Below are positions 12,235 to 27,503 of a stretch of DNA of 64,000 nt, piece by piece; the stretch's first letter is position 1, and each line of letters starts with the position of its first letter. The DNA is from an uncultured Nitrospiraceae bacterium. Its GTDB lineage: Bacteria; Nitrospirota; Thermodesulfovibrionia; Thermodesulfovibrionales; UBA6898. Below the pieces are notes generated by a model. It was given only the letters and a program-made list of their open reading frames with translations, was not told where the DNA came from and ran no database searches. A program made the translations under genes and the position numbers. The DNA lies in assembly GCA_963811165.1 (NCBI GenBank), contig CAWEQH010000008.1, positions 192,001 through 256,000 on the forward strand. Reading direction: 5' to 3'.

Positions 12235-12950
12235 ATGGGAAAGAAGATGAAGCGGCACTAGAAAAGATGGAAAAGGGCAAGGAGTATTCTCTTGAGGAGG
12301 CGGTGGGTCAAGGTAAAGAAGATGGCCTATACGAAGTTCGACGAAACAGTTGATCTGGCGTTTAACTTGGGGGTTGATCCGAGAAAATCGGACCAGATGG
12401 TAAGGGGTACTGTTGTGCTTCCTCACGGAACCGGCAAGAACGTACAGGGTCCTTGTTTTTGCAAAAGGAGAGAAAGAGAAGGAGGCCAGGGACGCCGGGG
12501 CTGATTTTGTCGGCGCAGAGGACATGGTGGAGAAGATAACCAAAGGGATGGCTTGATTTCGATAAGGTCGTGGCAACACCGGATATCATGGGTGTTGTTG
12601 GGAAGCTCGGCAAAGTCCTCGGGCCGAGAGGACTGATGCCCAACCCGAAACTCGGTACGGTCACCTTTGACGTGGCAAAGGCGGTCAAGGAAATCAAGGC
12701 TGGCAAGGTCGAGTACAAGACTGAAAAGGCCGGTGTTGTACAAGTGCCGATCGGCAAGGTCTCCTTTGACGAGCAGAAGCTCATGGAAAATGCAAAGGCA
12801 ATAATGGATTCGGTGAGCAAGGCAAAGCCCTCGACCAGCAAGGGCAAGTATGTAAAGAAGCTGTATATCTCATCCACCATGGGGCCAGGGCTGAAAGTGG
12901 ATCCGAGTTCAGTCAGCGCAGGCAAAATAGTAATAGAAAATCGGACATAA
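12235..12950 (+). CDS. rplA: 50S ribosomal protein L1 (frameshifted)
   Basis: [36 protein letters not shown] and SSTMGPG motifs. Confidence 0.95.
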
Positions 12951-12965
12951 GTTCGTATTATATTA

Positions 12966-13050
12966 GTCAGAGACAGTAGGCGTAAAGACTTAATTCGGCC
13001 TGAGGGTACGCGTAAAGCATGGCGGCCGGAGGGACGAGCCTACCGAGGCT
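12966..13050 (+). promoter_or_regulatory. Ribosomal protein L10 leader (autogenous control RNA)
   Basis: Core AGACAGTAGG...TTAA...CCTACCGAGG immediately upstream of rplJ matches the L10 leader pattern. Confidence 0.8.
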
Positions 13051-13199
13051 AAGGAGCACTCGTCATACAGACGGGGCGAAAAATGAAAAAATGGGCGGAG
13101 GTGCAGATGAGGGATCACACGCAGGAACCTTATCTCCATTCTCTCATTTTCATGGTGATGTCAGTTCGCCTGCCAGGGTCTCTGGGAAAGGAGGTCTAA

Positions 13200-13727
13200 C
13201 TGAATAAGGAACAGAAAAAACAGGTAATAGCCGGCCTGAAAGACAAGTTTTCAAGGGCAAAAGCGGTGGTCTTCACGGATTATAAGGGGATGACCGTTGC
13301 TGAGCTCACTGATCTCAGAAGACTGCTCAAGAAATCTTCTCTGGATTACAGCGTAGTGAAAAACACTCTTGCCAAGATTGCGTGCGAAGGATACCATCGT
13401 GTCAGCGGCAGAGAGTGTGTTCAAGGGCCCTGTCGGGATTGCCATCGGCTATGATGACCCTGTCCTGGTGGTGAAAAAGGTCCTCGAATTCGCGAAGACG
13501 AACGAAAAGATTCGGGTGAAGGGCGCGGTTGTAGAAGGGAAGCTCTGCGAGCCCGCCGAGGTAAAGGAGATCGCAGAATTGCCTTCAAGGGAAGTTCTTC
13601 TGTCCATGGTGGCGGGTGCCTTCCAGGCGCCGACGTCAGCAAGATGGCCGGGGCTCTTGCCGCGACAGTCAGCAGTTTCGCCTATGCATTGCAGGCGTTT
13701 GAAAAGAAAAAAAGTGTCAGTGGATAG
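13200..13727 (+). CDS. rplJ: 50S ribosomal protein L10 (CTG start; frameshifted)
   Basis: SD AAAGGAGGT followed by CTG-AAT-AAG-GAA; DYKGMTVAELTDLRR, VVKNTLA and LPSREVLLS motifs. Confidence 0.93.
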
Positions 13728-13797
13728 TGCGGAATCAGGTGAAGAACACAGTACAAAACTACACGTACACTAGATTAAAAATAAGGAGGTTTCACTA

Positions 13798-14177
13798 ATG
13801 TCTGTCACAAAGGAAGAGGTTTTTGAATTTATTGATAATATGACGATCCTCGATATGTCAAAGTTCGTAAAGGAGTTTGAAGAGAGATATGGGGTAACCG
13901 CTGCAGCCCCTGTCGCCGTTGCAGCTGCTGCCGCTGCCGCGGCAGCGCCTGCCGCTGAGGAGAAGACGAGCTTCGATGTTGTTCTCACTGCTGCAGGCGA
14001 CAAGAAGATCCAGGTGATCAAGGTCGTCAGGGAACTGACAGGTCTTGGACTTAAGGAGGCGAAAGACCTTGTCGACGGCGCTCCGAAGCCCGTAAAGACC
14101 GGTGTTGTCAAAGGAAGAGGCCGACCTCGATGAAGGCGAAGCTGGAGGAGCAGGGAGCAACAGTAGAAATAAAGTAG
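13798..14177 (+). CDS. rplL: 50S ribosomal protein L7/L12 (frameshift near the 3' end)
   Basis: Ala-rich hinge, [10 protein letters not shown] and [19 protein letters not shown] motifs. Confidence 0.96.
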
Positions 14178-14202
14178 AAATTATGTTACAAGGTTTAGAA
14201 TC

Positions 14203-14248
14203 AGGTAGAGGGACCGGGGTAGTCTGCTCCGCCTCTACCTTTTCCTTT
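14203..14248 (+). terminator. rplL-rpoB intercistronic hairpin (attenuator-like)
   Basis: AGGTAGAGG (14203-14211) pairs with CCTCTACCT (14232-14240), followed by TTTCCTTT. Confidence 0.55.
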
Positions 14249-14266
14249 AATCGGAGAAGGAGATAT

Positions 14267-18375
<4,109 letters not shown>

Positions 18376-18376
18376 A

Positions 18377-21300
18377 GTGGCAGAAGATATTTACGCCATT
18401 TTCCAAAAACCTAAAAATCCTACTGACTTCGAGGCGATCAGGATCAAACTCGCCTCTCCGGAGAGGATACGTGAATGGTCTTACGGCGAGGTGAAAAAAC
18501 CTGAGACGATCAACTACCGGACATTCAAGCCAGAAAGGGACGGACTTTTCTGTGCCAAGATATTCGGTCCGATAAAGGACTGGGAATGCATATGCGGTAA
18601 GTACAAGAGGATGAAGCACAGGGGCATTGTGTGCGATAAGTGCGGCGTAGAAGTTATCCAGTCGAAGGTGAGGCGCGAGAGGCTCGGGCATATCGAACTT
18701 GCAACCCCTGTGGCGCACATCTGGTTTCTTAAGGGGGTCCCGAGCCGGATCGGCACGTTGCTTGATATGACGATGCGGAACCTCGAAAAAGTTCTCTACT
18801 TCGAAAGTTATATCGTGGCAGATCAAGGTGATACGCCGCTTAAGGCGAAGGAACTTCTCAGTGACGAAGAGTATAAGAAGAAAACCGCTGAATACGGGAC
18901 CCGTTTTAAGGCCGGAATGGGGGCCGAGGCGATCAGGGAACTGCTTAAGAGCAGTCGACCTCGAAACACTGAGCGTGGAACTCAAGATGAAGATCAAGGA
19001 AGCGGTCTCCCTCGGGGTGAAAAAGAAACTCACGAAGAGATTGAAGGTAGTAGAGGCGTTCAGGAAATCGGGCAACAAGCCTGAATGGATGATCATGGAC
19101 GTTATCCCGGTCCTCCCTCCTGATCTCAGACCTCTTGTACCCCTTGAGGGAGGGCGGTTTGCGACGTCCGACCTTAACGATCTTTACAGGAGGGTCATAA
19201 ACAGGAACAACAGGCTCAAGAGGCTTGTGGAACTGAAGGCCCCGAGCGTCATAATAAAAAACGAAAAGAGAATGCTCCAGGAGGCTGTGGACGCCCTTTT
19301 TGATAATGGCAGAAGGAGTAAGGTTCTGAAGACTGCGACGAAGAGGCCGCTGAAGTCCCTCAGCGATATGATCAAGGGCAAGCAGGGCCGATTCAGACAG
19401 AACCTCCTGGGCAAAAGGGTTGACTACTCCGGCAGGTCGGTTATTGTCGTGGGACCTGAACTGAGATTGCACCAGTGCGGCCTGCCCAAGAGGATGGCGC
19501 TCGAACTCTTTAAGCCTTTTATATTCAGCAAGCTCGAAGAAAAGGGATATGCTACGACAATAAAGGCCGCCAAGAAGCTTGTCGAGAAGGAATCGCCGGA
19601 GGTATGGGACGCCTTGGAAGAGGTCATCAGGGAAACGCCTGTTCTCCTTAACAGGGCCCCGACCCTCCACAGACTCGGCATTCAGGCCTTCGATCCCGTC
19701 TTGGTCGAGGGTAAGGCTATAAAGCTTCATCCTCTCGTTTGTACTGCCTTCAACGCCGATTTCGACGGTGACCAGATGGCCGTCCATGTGCCGCTTTCGA
19801 TAGAGGCGCAGATCGAGGCGAGGGTCTTGATGATGTCGGTCAACAACGTCCTTTCTCCGGCCAATGGCAAGCCCATCCTAGTCCCGACACAGGACATGGT
19901 CTTGGGCATTTACTACCTGATGAAGGAGAGAATCGGCGCGCTGGGAGAGGGCAAGGTATTCGGCGGTCCCGAGGATGTCAGGGTGGCCTATGACGCCGGT
20001 CAGTTGAGCGAACATGCCAGGATCAAGGTGAGGATGAACGGTGAGTTTGTGGAGACGACCACAGGGAGGGTCCTCTTCTCTGAGATAGTTCCAGAGGAAA
20101 TTACTTTCCCGATGATAAACAAGGACATGACGAAGAAGGAGTTATCGAAGATAATCGAATTCTCCTATAAAAAAGCAGGCAAGCGCAAGACAGTCGTCTT
20201 CCTCGATAATCTCGAAAAGCTTGGGTTTAAGTATGCGACAGAATCGGGTATTTCGATCTGCATGGCCGATATGCATATACCTTCGAAGAAGGCGGAAATG
20301 ATACACCACGCTGAATCCGAGGTTATGGAAGTTCAGAAGCAGTACGCCGACGGCCTCATCACACAGGGCGAGCGGTACAACAAGGTGATCGATATATGGG
20401 CCAACGTCACCGAGCGCATTGCCGATGAGATGATGAAGGAACTCGGTGCTGAAGACGACAGGATAGCCTCCGAAGAGGAACTCAAGGAGAAGAGGTCGTT
20501 TAACAGCATCTTCATGATGGCGGATTCAGGGGCCAGGGGAAGCGCTGCCCAGATCCGTCAGCTCGCCGGTATGAGGGGGCTTATGGCAAAACCCTCAGGA
20601 GAAATCATCGAGACGCCGATTACCGCAAACTTCAGGGAGGGCCTCACCCCGCTTCAGTACTTCATCTCGACCCACGGCGCAAGAAAAGGTCTCGCCGATA
20701 CGGCCCTTAAGACGGCGAACTCCGGATATCTTACCCGCAGGCTCGTCGACGTTTCCCAGGATGTTCTTATTACAGAGGACGACTGCGCCACAAACGACAG
20801 CATTACAGTCACTTCTTTGGTCGAGGGCGGAGAGATCATCCAGCCGTTAGAGGAAAGGCTCATAGGAAGGTATTCGGTAGAGGACATAAAAGACCCTATT
20901 ACGAAGGAAGTCATTATTAAGAGGAGCCAGGAGATTGATGAGGTCTATACCCAGAAGATCATCGATGCAGGCATAAAGAGCGTGAAGATCCGGTCTGTAC
21001 TGACCTGCCAATCGAAGTTCGGCGTCTGTGCCAAGTGTTACGGCAGAGACCTGGGGAGGGGCGAGCACGTGGAGATCGGAGAGTCGGTCGGCATCATCGC
21101 CGCACAGTCGATTGGCGAGCCTGGGACACAGCTTACGATGAGGACGTTCCATATAGGTGGAACCGCGTCGAAGGTAGTTGAACAGACGGTCCTTGAGGCA
21201 AAGAACTCAGGGACGATAAAGTTTGTCAACATCAATACCGTAAAGAACAGGGAGGGCATGCTCATCGTCATGAACAGAAACGGGAGCATAGCCATAGTTG

Positions 21301-22487
21301 ATTCTAAAGGCAGGGAGAAGGAAAACTACTCGGTCGTCTACGGAGCCAAGTTGAGGGTGACGGAGGGACAGAAGGTAGAGGGCGGGCAGAGACTTGTCGA
21401 ATGGGACCCCTATTCCACTCCCATACTTACCGAACTCGGCGGCAAAATAGCACTGGGCGATATCGTTGAGGGCGTTACCGTAAAGGAAGAGGTCGACGAG
21501 ACGACCGGACTTTCCCATAAAGTAATCATCGACTACTCTACGAATATGAGGCCTAGGATCTCGATTAAGGATGAACACGGGAAGGCAACGCTCAAGATAC
21601 CCGGTACAAACAACCCGGCGCGATATAACCTGCCTTCGGGAGCGCATATACTTGTCGACAAGAACGACGCGGTCTATCCTGGCGACATACTGGCAAAAAT
21701 ACCGAGGGAGACGACGAAAACGAAAGACATCACAGGTGGTCTGCCGAGAGTTGCCGAGCTCTTTGAGGCGAGGAAGCCGAAGGAACAGGCCCTTGTGTCC
21801 GAGATCGACGGTGTCGTCGAGTTCAGGTCTGCCCAGAAGGGCAAGCGCGTTGTTGTTGTCAGGGGTGGCGAGACAGTTAAGGAGTACGACATCCCCAAGG
21901 GTAAGCACGTCAGCGTTCACGAAGGCGACTGGGTGAAGGCGGGCGAGCCGCTTATGGACGGCGCGGTGAATCCCCACAGCATTCTAGATATCCTCGGGCC
22001 AAAGGAACTCCAGAGGTATCTCGTTGACGAGGTGCAGAAGGTATACCGGCTCCAGGGCGTTTCGATCAACGACAAGCACATCGAAGTTATAGTCAGACAG
22101 ATGATGCGCAAGGTAAGGATCGAAGACCCGGGAGATACGGTGTATTTGATCGGCGAGCAGGTGGACAGAATGGCTTTCCAGGAAGAGAACGAAAGGGTCA
22201 AGGCCGAAAGCGGGAAGCCTGCGCAGGGGAAGCCCTTACTCCTTGGCATCACAAAGGCGTCTCTTACGACGGACAGCTTTGTGTCGGCGGCCTCATTCCA
22301 GGAGACTACCCGTGTTCTCACCGAAGCAGCCATTAACGGTATGCTCGACGAACTCCGCGGTCTGAAGGAGAACGTGATTATGGGAAGAGTCATCCCCGCC
22401 GGGACGGGCATGGCGAAGTACAGGAATACCTTCGTCAAGCGGGAGCTGACGCCCGTCTTCGCTACGCCGCCGGCAGTGGAAGAATAA
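18377..22487 (+). CDS. rpoC: RNA polymerase subunit beta' (one frameshift near 18950)
   Basis: Zn ribbon, [12 protein letters not shown] catalytic motif, [13 protein letters not shown]. Confidence 0.98.
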
Positions 22488-22509
22488 ATAAGCCGGATAT
22501 GCGGTGATC

Positions 22510-22546
22510 AATTCCCCTGCTCCGCAAGGTGCGGGGGAATTTTTTT
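22510..22546 (+). terminator. Rho-independent terminator after rpoC
   Basis: AATTCCCCTGC...GCGGGGGAATT stem followed by a T run. Confidence 0.85.
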
Positions 22547-22593
22547 GGAGGACATATGGGGAGTCAAGTTCGCAGTCCCATGATCACTAACGA

Positions 22594-22608
22594 TGGCACT
22601 GGGGTTGC
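22594..22608 (+). promoter_or_regulatory. Putative sigma54 (-24/-12) promoter
   Basis: TGGCAC-TGGGG-TTGC with exact GG-N10-GC spacing, 30 nt upstream of ATG 22639. Confidence 0.65.
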
Positions 22609-22638
22609 CTTTGACGGTTCGTAAGGATAAGGTGAAAT

Positions 22639-23109
22639 ATGTTTGAAATCGATATCCCCGGCTTCGGTCATGTACATCTGGAGCACTTGGTTTCTGATTT
22701 TACAGGGACACTTTCTGTTGACGGGAGACTTCTGCCCGGCGTGAAAGAGCGGTTAAATAAGATTGCAGGCATTCTTAACGTGTATATCCTGACCGCCGAC
22801 ACCTTCGGCATGGCAAAGGCCGAACTCAAAGACATCCGCTGTTCTATTCATATCTTGGCGGGTGACGATCACGATGTTCAAAAAAAGCGCTATATAGCCG
22901 GCCTTGGCGCTGAGGGCGTAATCGCCTTCGGAAATGGCAACAATGACCGGCTTATGCTAAAGACCGCAAAAATAGGGGTTGCGGTCAGTTTGAATGAAGG
23001 CTGTGCTGGAGATGCAATAATCGCTTCCGATATTTTCGTCACATCCATTACCGACGGGCTCGATCTTCTATTAAATCCGAAGAGATTAAAGGCAACATTG
23101 AGGTTTTGA
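22639..23109 (+). CDS. HAD-superfamily hydrolase (soluble P-type ATPase-like)
   Basis: DFTGTLSVDG, TADTFG and GNGNNDRLML motifs; C-terminal PKRLKATLR. Confidence 0.85.
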   Translation: MFEIDIPGFGHVHLEHLVSDFTGTLSVDGRLLPGVKERLNKIAGILNVYILTADTFGMAKAELKDIRCSIHILAGDDHDVQKKRYIAGLGAEGVIAFGNGNNDRLMLKTAKIGVAVSLNEGCAGDAIIASDIFVTSITDGLDLLLNPKRLKATLRF

Positions 23110-23213
23110 TTTTGTACCCTTTCCCGTAGTCATCCGGCGTGACTCTTTAAGTTTCCTCCCTTATGGTATTATAAAAAAGGCTTATTTTTTCCGACTTTAT
23201 CATATAATTGAGT

Positions 23214-23708
23214 ATGAAATTTATTGCCGATGCGATGCTTGGCCGTCTTGCAAAATGGCTGAGGATTTTGGGTTTCGACGTATTATACTATCCGGATATT
23301 GATGACGGAGAGATTGTGAGGATCGCCAGGGAGCAGGAGCGGACGATATTGACAAGGGACACACAGCTTACAAAACGTAAAGGATTGCCGGGCGTCATCT
23401 TCGTTGAGAAAGATGATGTGTTCGACCAACTTACCCTTATCAGGGCACGGCTGGGTTTCAGCCAAGTGGCTTTTTCCGGCAGATGTGCAGTATGCAACGG
23501 CCTTATCGATGCGGTTCCTCAAAAAGAAGAAGTGAGAGATCTTGTGCCAGACTTTATCTACCGTAATTACCCCGGGTTCATGCGATGCAGGGACTGCGGC
23601 AAGGTCTATTGGGAAGGAAGCCACCGGAAGGGGATGAGGGAGAAGGTCGAAGAGGTTTTGTCCATCTATTGGAAACGGTCGTCTGCAGGTGAAGAAGGCA
23701 AACAGTGA
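23214..23708 (+). CDS. Mut7-C RNase (PIN-fold) domain protein with Zn ribbon
   Basis: FIADAMLGRLAKWLRILGFD, ILTRD, RCAVCNG and CRDCGKVYWEGSH motifs. Confidence 0.9.
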   Translation: MKFIADAMLGRLAKWLRILGFDVLYYPDIDDGEIVRIAREQERTILTRDTQLTKRKGLPGVIFVEKDDVFDQLTLIRARLGFSQVAFSGRCAVCNGLIDAVPQKEEVRDLVPDFIYRNYPGFMRCRDCGKVYWEGSHRKGMREKVEEVLSIYWKRSSAGEEGKQ

Positions 23709-26155
23709 AGACCAATATATCTCTTTTTATACTTGTTATCTTCATCATCTCCCTCATTATCACACTCAATATGTTTTTCCAGCAGAGCTACCAGAGTGAG
23801 ATGGCGGAACAGTTTAACCGCCAGCAGCTGATTATTGCAAAGTCCGTGGCGAAGAGCATCCAGGGGGATCTCCAGCATATCGAGGCCGAGACATTATCAC
23901 TGGCTCGTCTTTTGGGAGAGGGCAGGCTGAGCGGCAGGACCATGGATGAATCGATCTATACTGCGTATGTGGAGTTGAGCGAGGACGTCAACGTCACTAT
24001 CAAGATATTTGACGCCAACGGGCGGATGACTTTCAGTTCTCGTGGCCAACCCGCCACCTCAGATGACGTCGGGCATTTTAAAAACCTTATGTCGTTGCCA
24101 CCCGGAAAGGTGACGTATATTGATCGGCTCGCCGAGGACAGGAAAATAATTCTCCTGACGCCCATAATCAATGGCTCCGTGCGGAAAGGCCTCCTGATAA
24201 TGAAACTCTCGATAGACACGATAAGCAAGAAGTTCCTGGCCCCGATAAAGGTTGGAATCAGAGGGCATGCATGGATGATGTCCGGAAACGGCACGCTTCT
24301 TTATCACCCTACCCAGCCGAAGATGGTCGGAAAGAACCTATACAAGGCGGACCGTTCTTGTTTTGACTGTCATACGTCCTTTGATGTCGAAAGGAAAATC
24401 CTCGAAAGCGGGGACATCGGCTTCAGCTCCTACATCGCCCCATACGGAGAGGACAAGCTTATCGCTTTTTCGCGGGCGACGATCGCAGATCTGTCGTGGA
24501 TAGTCTGCATATCCATACCATATTCCGAGGTGACATTCAGCATAAGGAAGAGTATGAAGCTCCATTCTCTTCTTGTGATCTCCATTTTTATCGCTACGGT
24601 GTTCGGAGCGTTTGCCATTGTGATGATAAACAGGCAGAGGGTAAAGGCTGAAGAGAAGGCCAAATACCTCGAGACCCAGAAACTGCTCGAAAAGGAAATC
24701 GTGCAGACTAAGGACTACCTTGAGAATGTTCTAGAAAGTACCGAGTCGATGATTATGGTCCTCGACAGGGACATGATTGTCCGAACGGTGAACTCTGCGC
24801 ATACCCGTCTGTGTGGCAAAAAGAAGGAAGACATCATTGGACAAAGCTTCTTCGCGATTTTTCCGGTAGGCGATACTGACAGGGAGACAGATATGATTAA
24901 GGGGGCTCTCAGAGAGTGTCTTGAGGGGAAAAGCCATCGGTTGAGCAACTATCCCTATCCCCTTGACGGGCATAAACTCTATATCAATATAAACATTAAC
25001 CCCCTTGTTCTGCACGGAGAGGTGGCGGGCATTATTCTTTCGAGCGGCGACGTGACGCAAGAGGTGAACTTAAAAACCAAGATCCAGGAATATGCGCTGA
25101 GGCTGGAGGAGATGGTTGTTGTCAGGACAGACGAATTGAAAGAAGAAAAAGAGAAACTCGACGCGATAGTCAGCGCGATAGAGGGCGGTCTTTGTGTGAT
25201 GGACGATGTTGACAGAAAAGTAATATGGGCGAACAAAACACTCCTTGAGTGGATGGGAGAGGACTCCGTCCAGAAGATAACAATCGAGAAGATCTACGGG
25301 GAAAACAATATCCACCGCGCAATCGTAGACGATAGGATGCTCCGCGAGGTGATATACCATAATTACGGGCATAAGAAGGGGTATTTCCAGATAACCTCGA
25401 CTCCGCTTATTGCGCCGCACGGGCATCGGCAGTCCCTTATCCTTATCCAGGACGTCACCGACATAAAAAAGATGGAAGACCGGATGATGCAGTCCGAGAA
25501 ACTCTCTGCGCTTGCGAGGATCTCCGCCGGCATCGCCCATGAGATAGGCAACCCTCTCACCTCAATATCTTCCTACGTCCAGATACTAAGAGAAATGGAC
25601 CACGACGAGTTCACGAAGGAGAGTCTTGATACCGTTGCAAAGCACATCACACGGATCGCAGATATCGTCAGACAAATGTCCAGTTTCTCAAAGACGCGGG
25701 AATCGGACCTCAGACATCATGACGCGCTCGAGCTTGTCGACATGACACTCGACCTGGTGAAGTATGACAAGAGGATGAAGGGGATAAAGATTAACGTTGA
25801 AATACCGGAGAAACTCCCCCCTGTCAGGGTGAACGAGACACAGATAATTCAGGTGCTCTTGAATATCATTCTTAACGCAGCCGATGCGATGATGAACGGT
25901 GGAAATCTGGACATAAAGGCCAGAGGGCTCGACGAAGAGGTCGAGATATCAGTCGCGGATTCCGGGACCGGGATTCCCGCGGAGCATCTTGAGAAAATAT
26001 TCGATCCTTTTTTCACTACGAAGGAAAAAGGGACCGGACTTGGGCTTGCGGTCAGTTATAATATCATCAGGAGTTATCAGGGCGACATCCTTGTTGAAAG
26101 CAGACCGGAGGGAGGAACGATTTTCAGGGTGAGGCTTCCGTATTATGAAAGCTGA
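23705..26155 (+). CDS. Membrane sensor histidine kinase: Cache-like periplasmic domain with CxxCH, two PAS-like segments, HisKA and HATPase
   Basis: Two TM helices; periplasmic GHAWMMSGNGTLLYHP...CFDCH; H-box AHEIGNPL; DSGTGI, FDPFFTTK and GTGLGL motifs. Confidence 0.92.
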   Translation: MKTNISLFILVIFIISLIITLNMFFQQSYQSEMAEQFNRQQLIIAKSVAKSIQGDLQHIEAETLSLARLLGEGRLSGRTMDESIYTAYVELSEDVNVTIKIFDANGRMTFSSRGQPATSDDVGHFKNLMSLPPGKVTYIDRLAEDRKIILLTPIINGSVRKGLLIMKLSIDTISKKFLAPIKVGIRGHAWMMSGNGTLLYHPTQPKMVGKNLYKADRSCFDCHTSFDVERKILESGDIGFSSYIAPYGEDKLIAFSRATIADLSWIVCISIPYSEVTFSIRKSMKLHSLLVISIFIATVFGAFAIVMINRQRVKAEEKAKYLETQKLLEKEIVQTKDYLENVLESTESMIMVLDRDMIVRTVNSAHTRLCGKKKEDIIGQSFFAIFPVGDTDRETDMIKGALRECLEGKSHRLSNYPYPLDGHKLYINININPLVLHGEVAGIILSSGDVTQEVNLKTKIQEYALRLEEMVVVRTDELKEEKEKLDAIVSAIEGGLCVMDDVDRKVIWANKTLLEWMGEDSVQKITIEKIYGENNIHRAIVDDRMLREVIYHNYGHKKGYFQITSTPLIAPHGHRQSLILIQDVTDIKKMEDRMMQSEKLSALARISAGIAHEIGNPLTSISSYVQILREMDHDEFTKESLDTVAKHITRIADIVRQMSSFSKTRESDLRHHDALELVDMTLDLVKYDKRMKGIKINVEIPEKLPPVRVNETQIIQVLLNIILNAADAMMNGGNLDIKARGLDEEVEISVADSGTGIPAEHLEKIFDPFFTTKEKGTGLGLAVSYNIIRSYQGDILVESRPEGGTIFRVRLPYYES

Positions 26156-27503
26156 AACGGCGAAAATACTCGTAGTGGACGACGAAAGGGACATATGCAG
26201 GGCCCTTGAATTCCTTTTGTCGCGTGAGGGATATAAAGTCGTGACTGCAAACAGCGGCCGGGAAGCGCTAAAGAAAATCGAGTCCGAAGATTTTGATCTC
26301 GTCATCAGCGATCTCAGGATGGAGGATATAGACGGGCTGCAGGTCCTTGAAAAAGCCATTGCCATGAACTCCAGTCTCATCGTAATTATCATGACTGCCT
26401 TCGCATCGGTGGAGTCGGCAGTTGAGGCCATGAAAAAGGGTGCCAGTGACTATATCGTAAAACCTTTTATCAATGAAGACGTTAAAATGACCGTCAGAAG
26501 GCTCCTCGAGCACAAAAAGGTCTTGATGGAAAACCTTGTTCTGAGGCAGCAGCTGAGTCAGCAGTTAGGCAGCAGGCAATTTGTCGGTGTGTCCCCTCAA
26601 ATAGAGAGGCTATTCGATGTTTTGAGCAAGGTGATTCCGACCAGGTCCAATATCCTTATCCTGGGGGAGAGCGGCACCGGGAAGGGGCTGATAGCAGAGA
26701 TAGTGCACGGCAACAGCCAGCGGAAGGACAAACCTTTCATATCTATAAACTGCTCTGCGATTCCCGAGAGCCTGCTCGAAAGCGAACTCTTCGGCTATAG
26801 AAAGGGCGCCTTTACCGGCGCGGCGTCGGACAAGAAAGGGTTGATTACGATGGCTGACCAGGGCACCCTTTTCCTTGACGAAATCGGCGATATGCCTTTA
26901 GGTCTCCAGGCCAAGATTCTGAAGGTTCTCGAAACAGGGGAGATCCACCCCTTGGGCGATACCAAGACAATGTTTGTCGACATCAGACTTATCGCAGCCA
27001 CAAACAAGGTCCTTGAAGAGCAGATAAAGAGAGGGCTTTTCAGAGAGGATCTCTATTACCGGCTGAATGTAATTGAATTGAAAATTCCTCCTCTTAGGGA
27101 GAGGAAAGAGGATATCACTGTTCTTGCGCATTATTTTATAGAGAAGTATAGCAAGGAAAATAACAAGAAGGTGACAAGTATCGCGGACGATGCGCTTGCG
27201 GCATTCAACAGCTATTCATGGCCTGGTAACATCAGGGAATTGAGGAACGTTGTCGAGAGGGCTGTAGTCTTATCAGGATCAAGCGTGATCGGTCTTGCCG
27301 AGTTGCCGGACAAGATAAAAAGGCAAGACGGCTCGGCGGGCATGCAGTCACTGAAGGACAAGCTCGATTACTGCGAAGAAAAGATAATAAAGGAAGCGCT
27401 TCAGTCGAATGACTGGCGCAAGGAAGAGACCGCGGCACAACTCGGGGTTGACCTCGCTACGCTTTATAGAAAAATCAAGAAGCTCGGAATCGCAGAGGGC
27501 TAA
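26145..27503 (+). CDS. Sigma54-dependent response regulator (NtrC/AtoC family)
   Basis: Receiver domain (VVDDE, SDLRM), Walker A GESGTGK, intact GAFTGA, C-terminal Fis-type HTH. Confidence 0.95.
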   Translation: MKAETAKILVVDDERDICRALEFLLSREGYKVVTANSGREALKKIESEDFDLVISDLRMEDIDGLQVLEKAIAMNSSLIVIIMTAFASVESAVEAMKKGASDYIVKPFINEDVKMTVRRLLEHKKVLMENLVLRQQLSQQLGSRQFVGVSPQIERLFDVLSKVIPTRSNILILGESGTGKGLIAEIVHGNSQRKDKPFISINCSAIPESLLESELFGYRKGAFTGAASDKKGLITMADQGTLFLDEIGDMPLGLQAKILKVLETGEIHPLGDTKTMFVDIRLIAATNKVLEEQIKRGLFREDLYYRLNVIELKIPPLRERKEDITVLAHYFIEKYSKENNKKVTSIADDALAAFNSYSWPGNIRELRNVVERAVVLSGSSVIGLAELPDKIKRQDGSAGMQSLKDKLDYCEEKIIKEALQSNDWRKEETAAQLGVDLATLYRKIKKLGIAEG

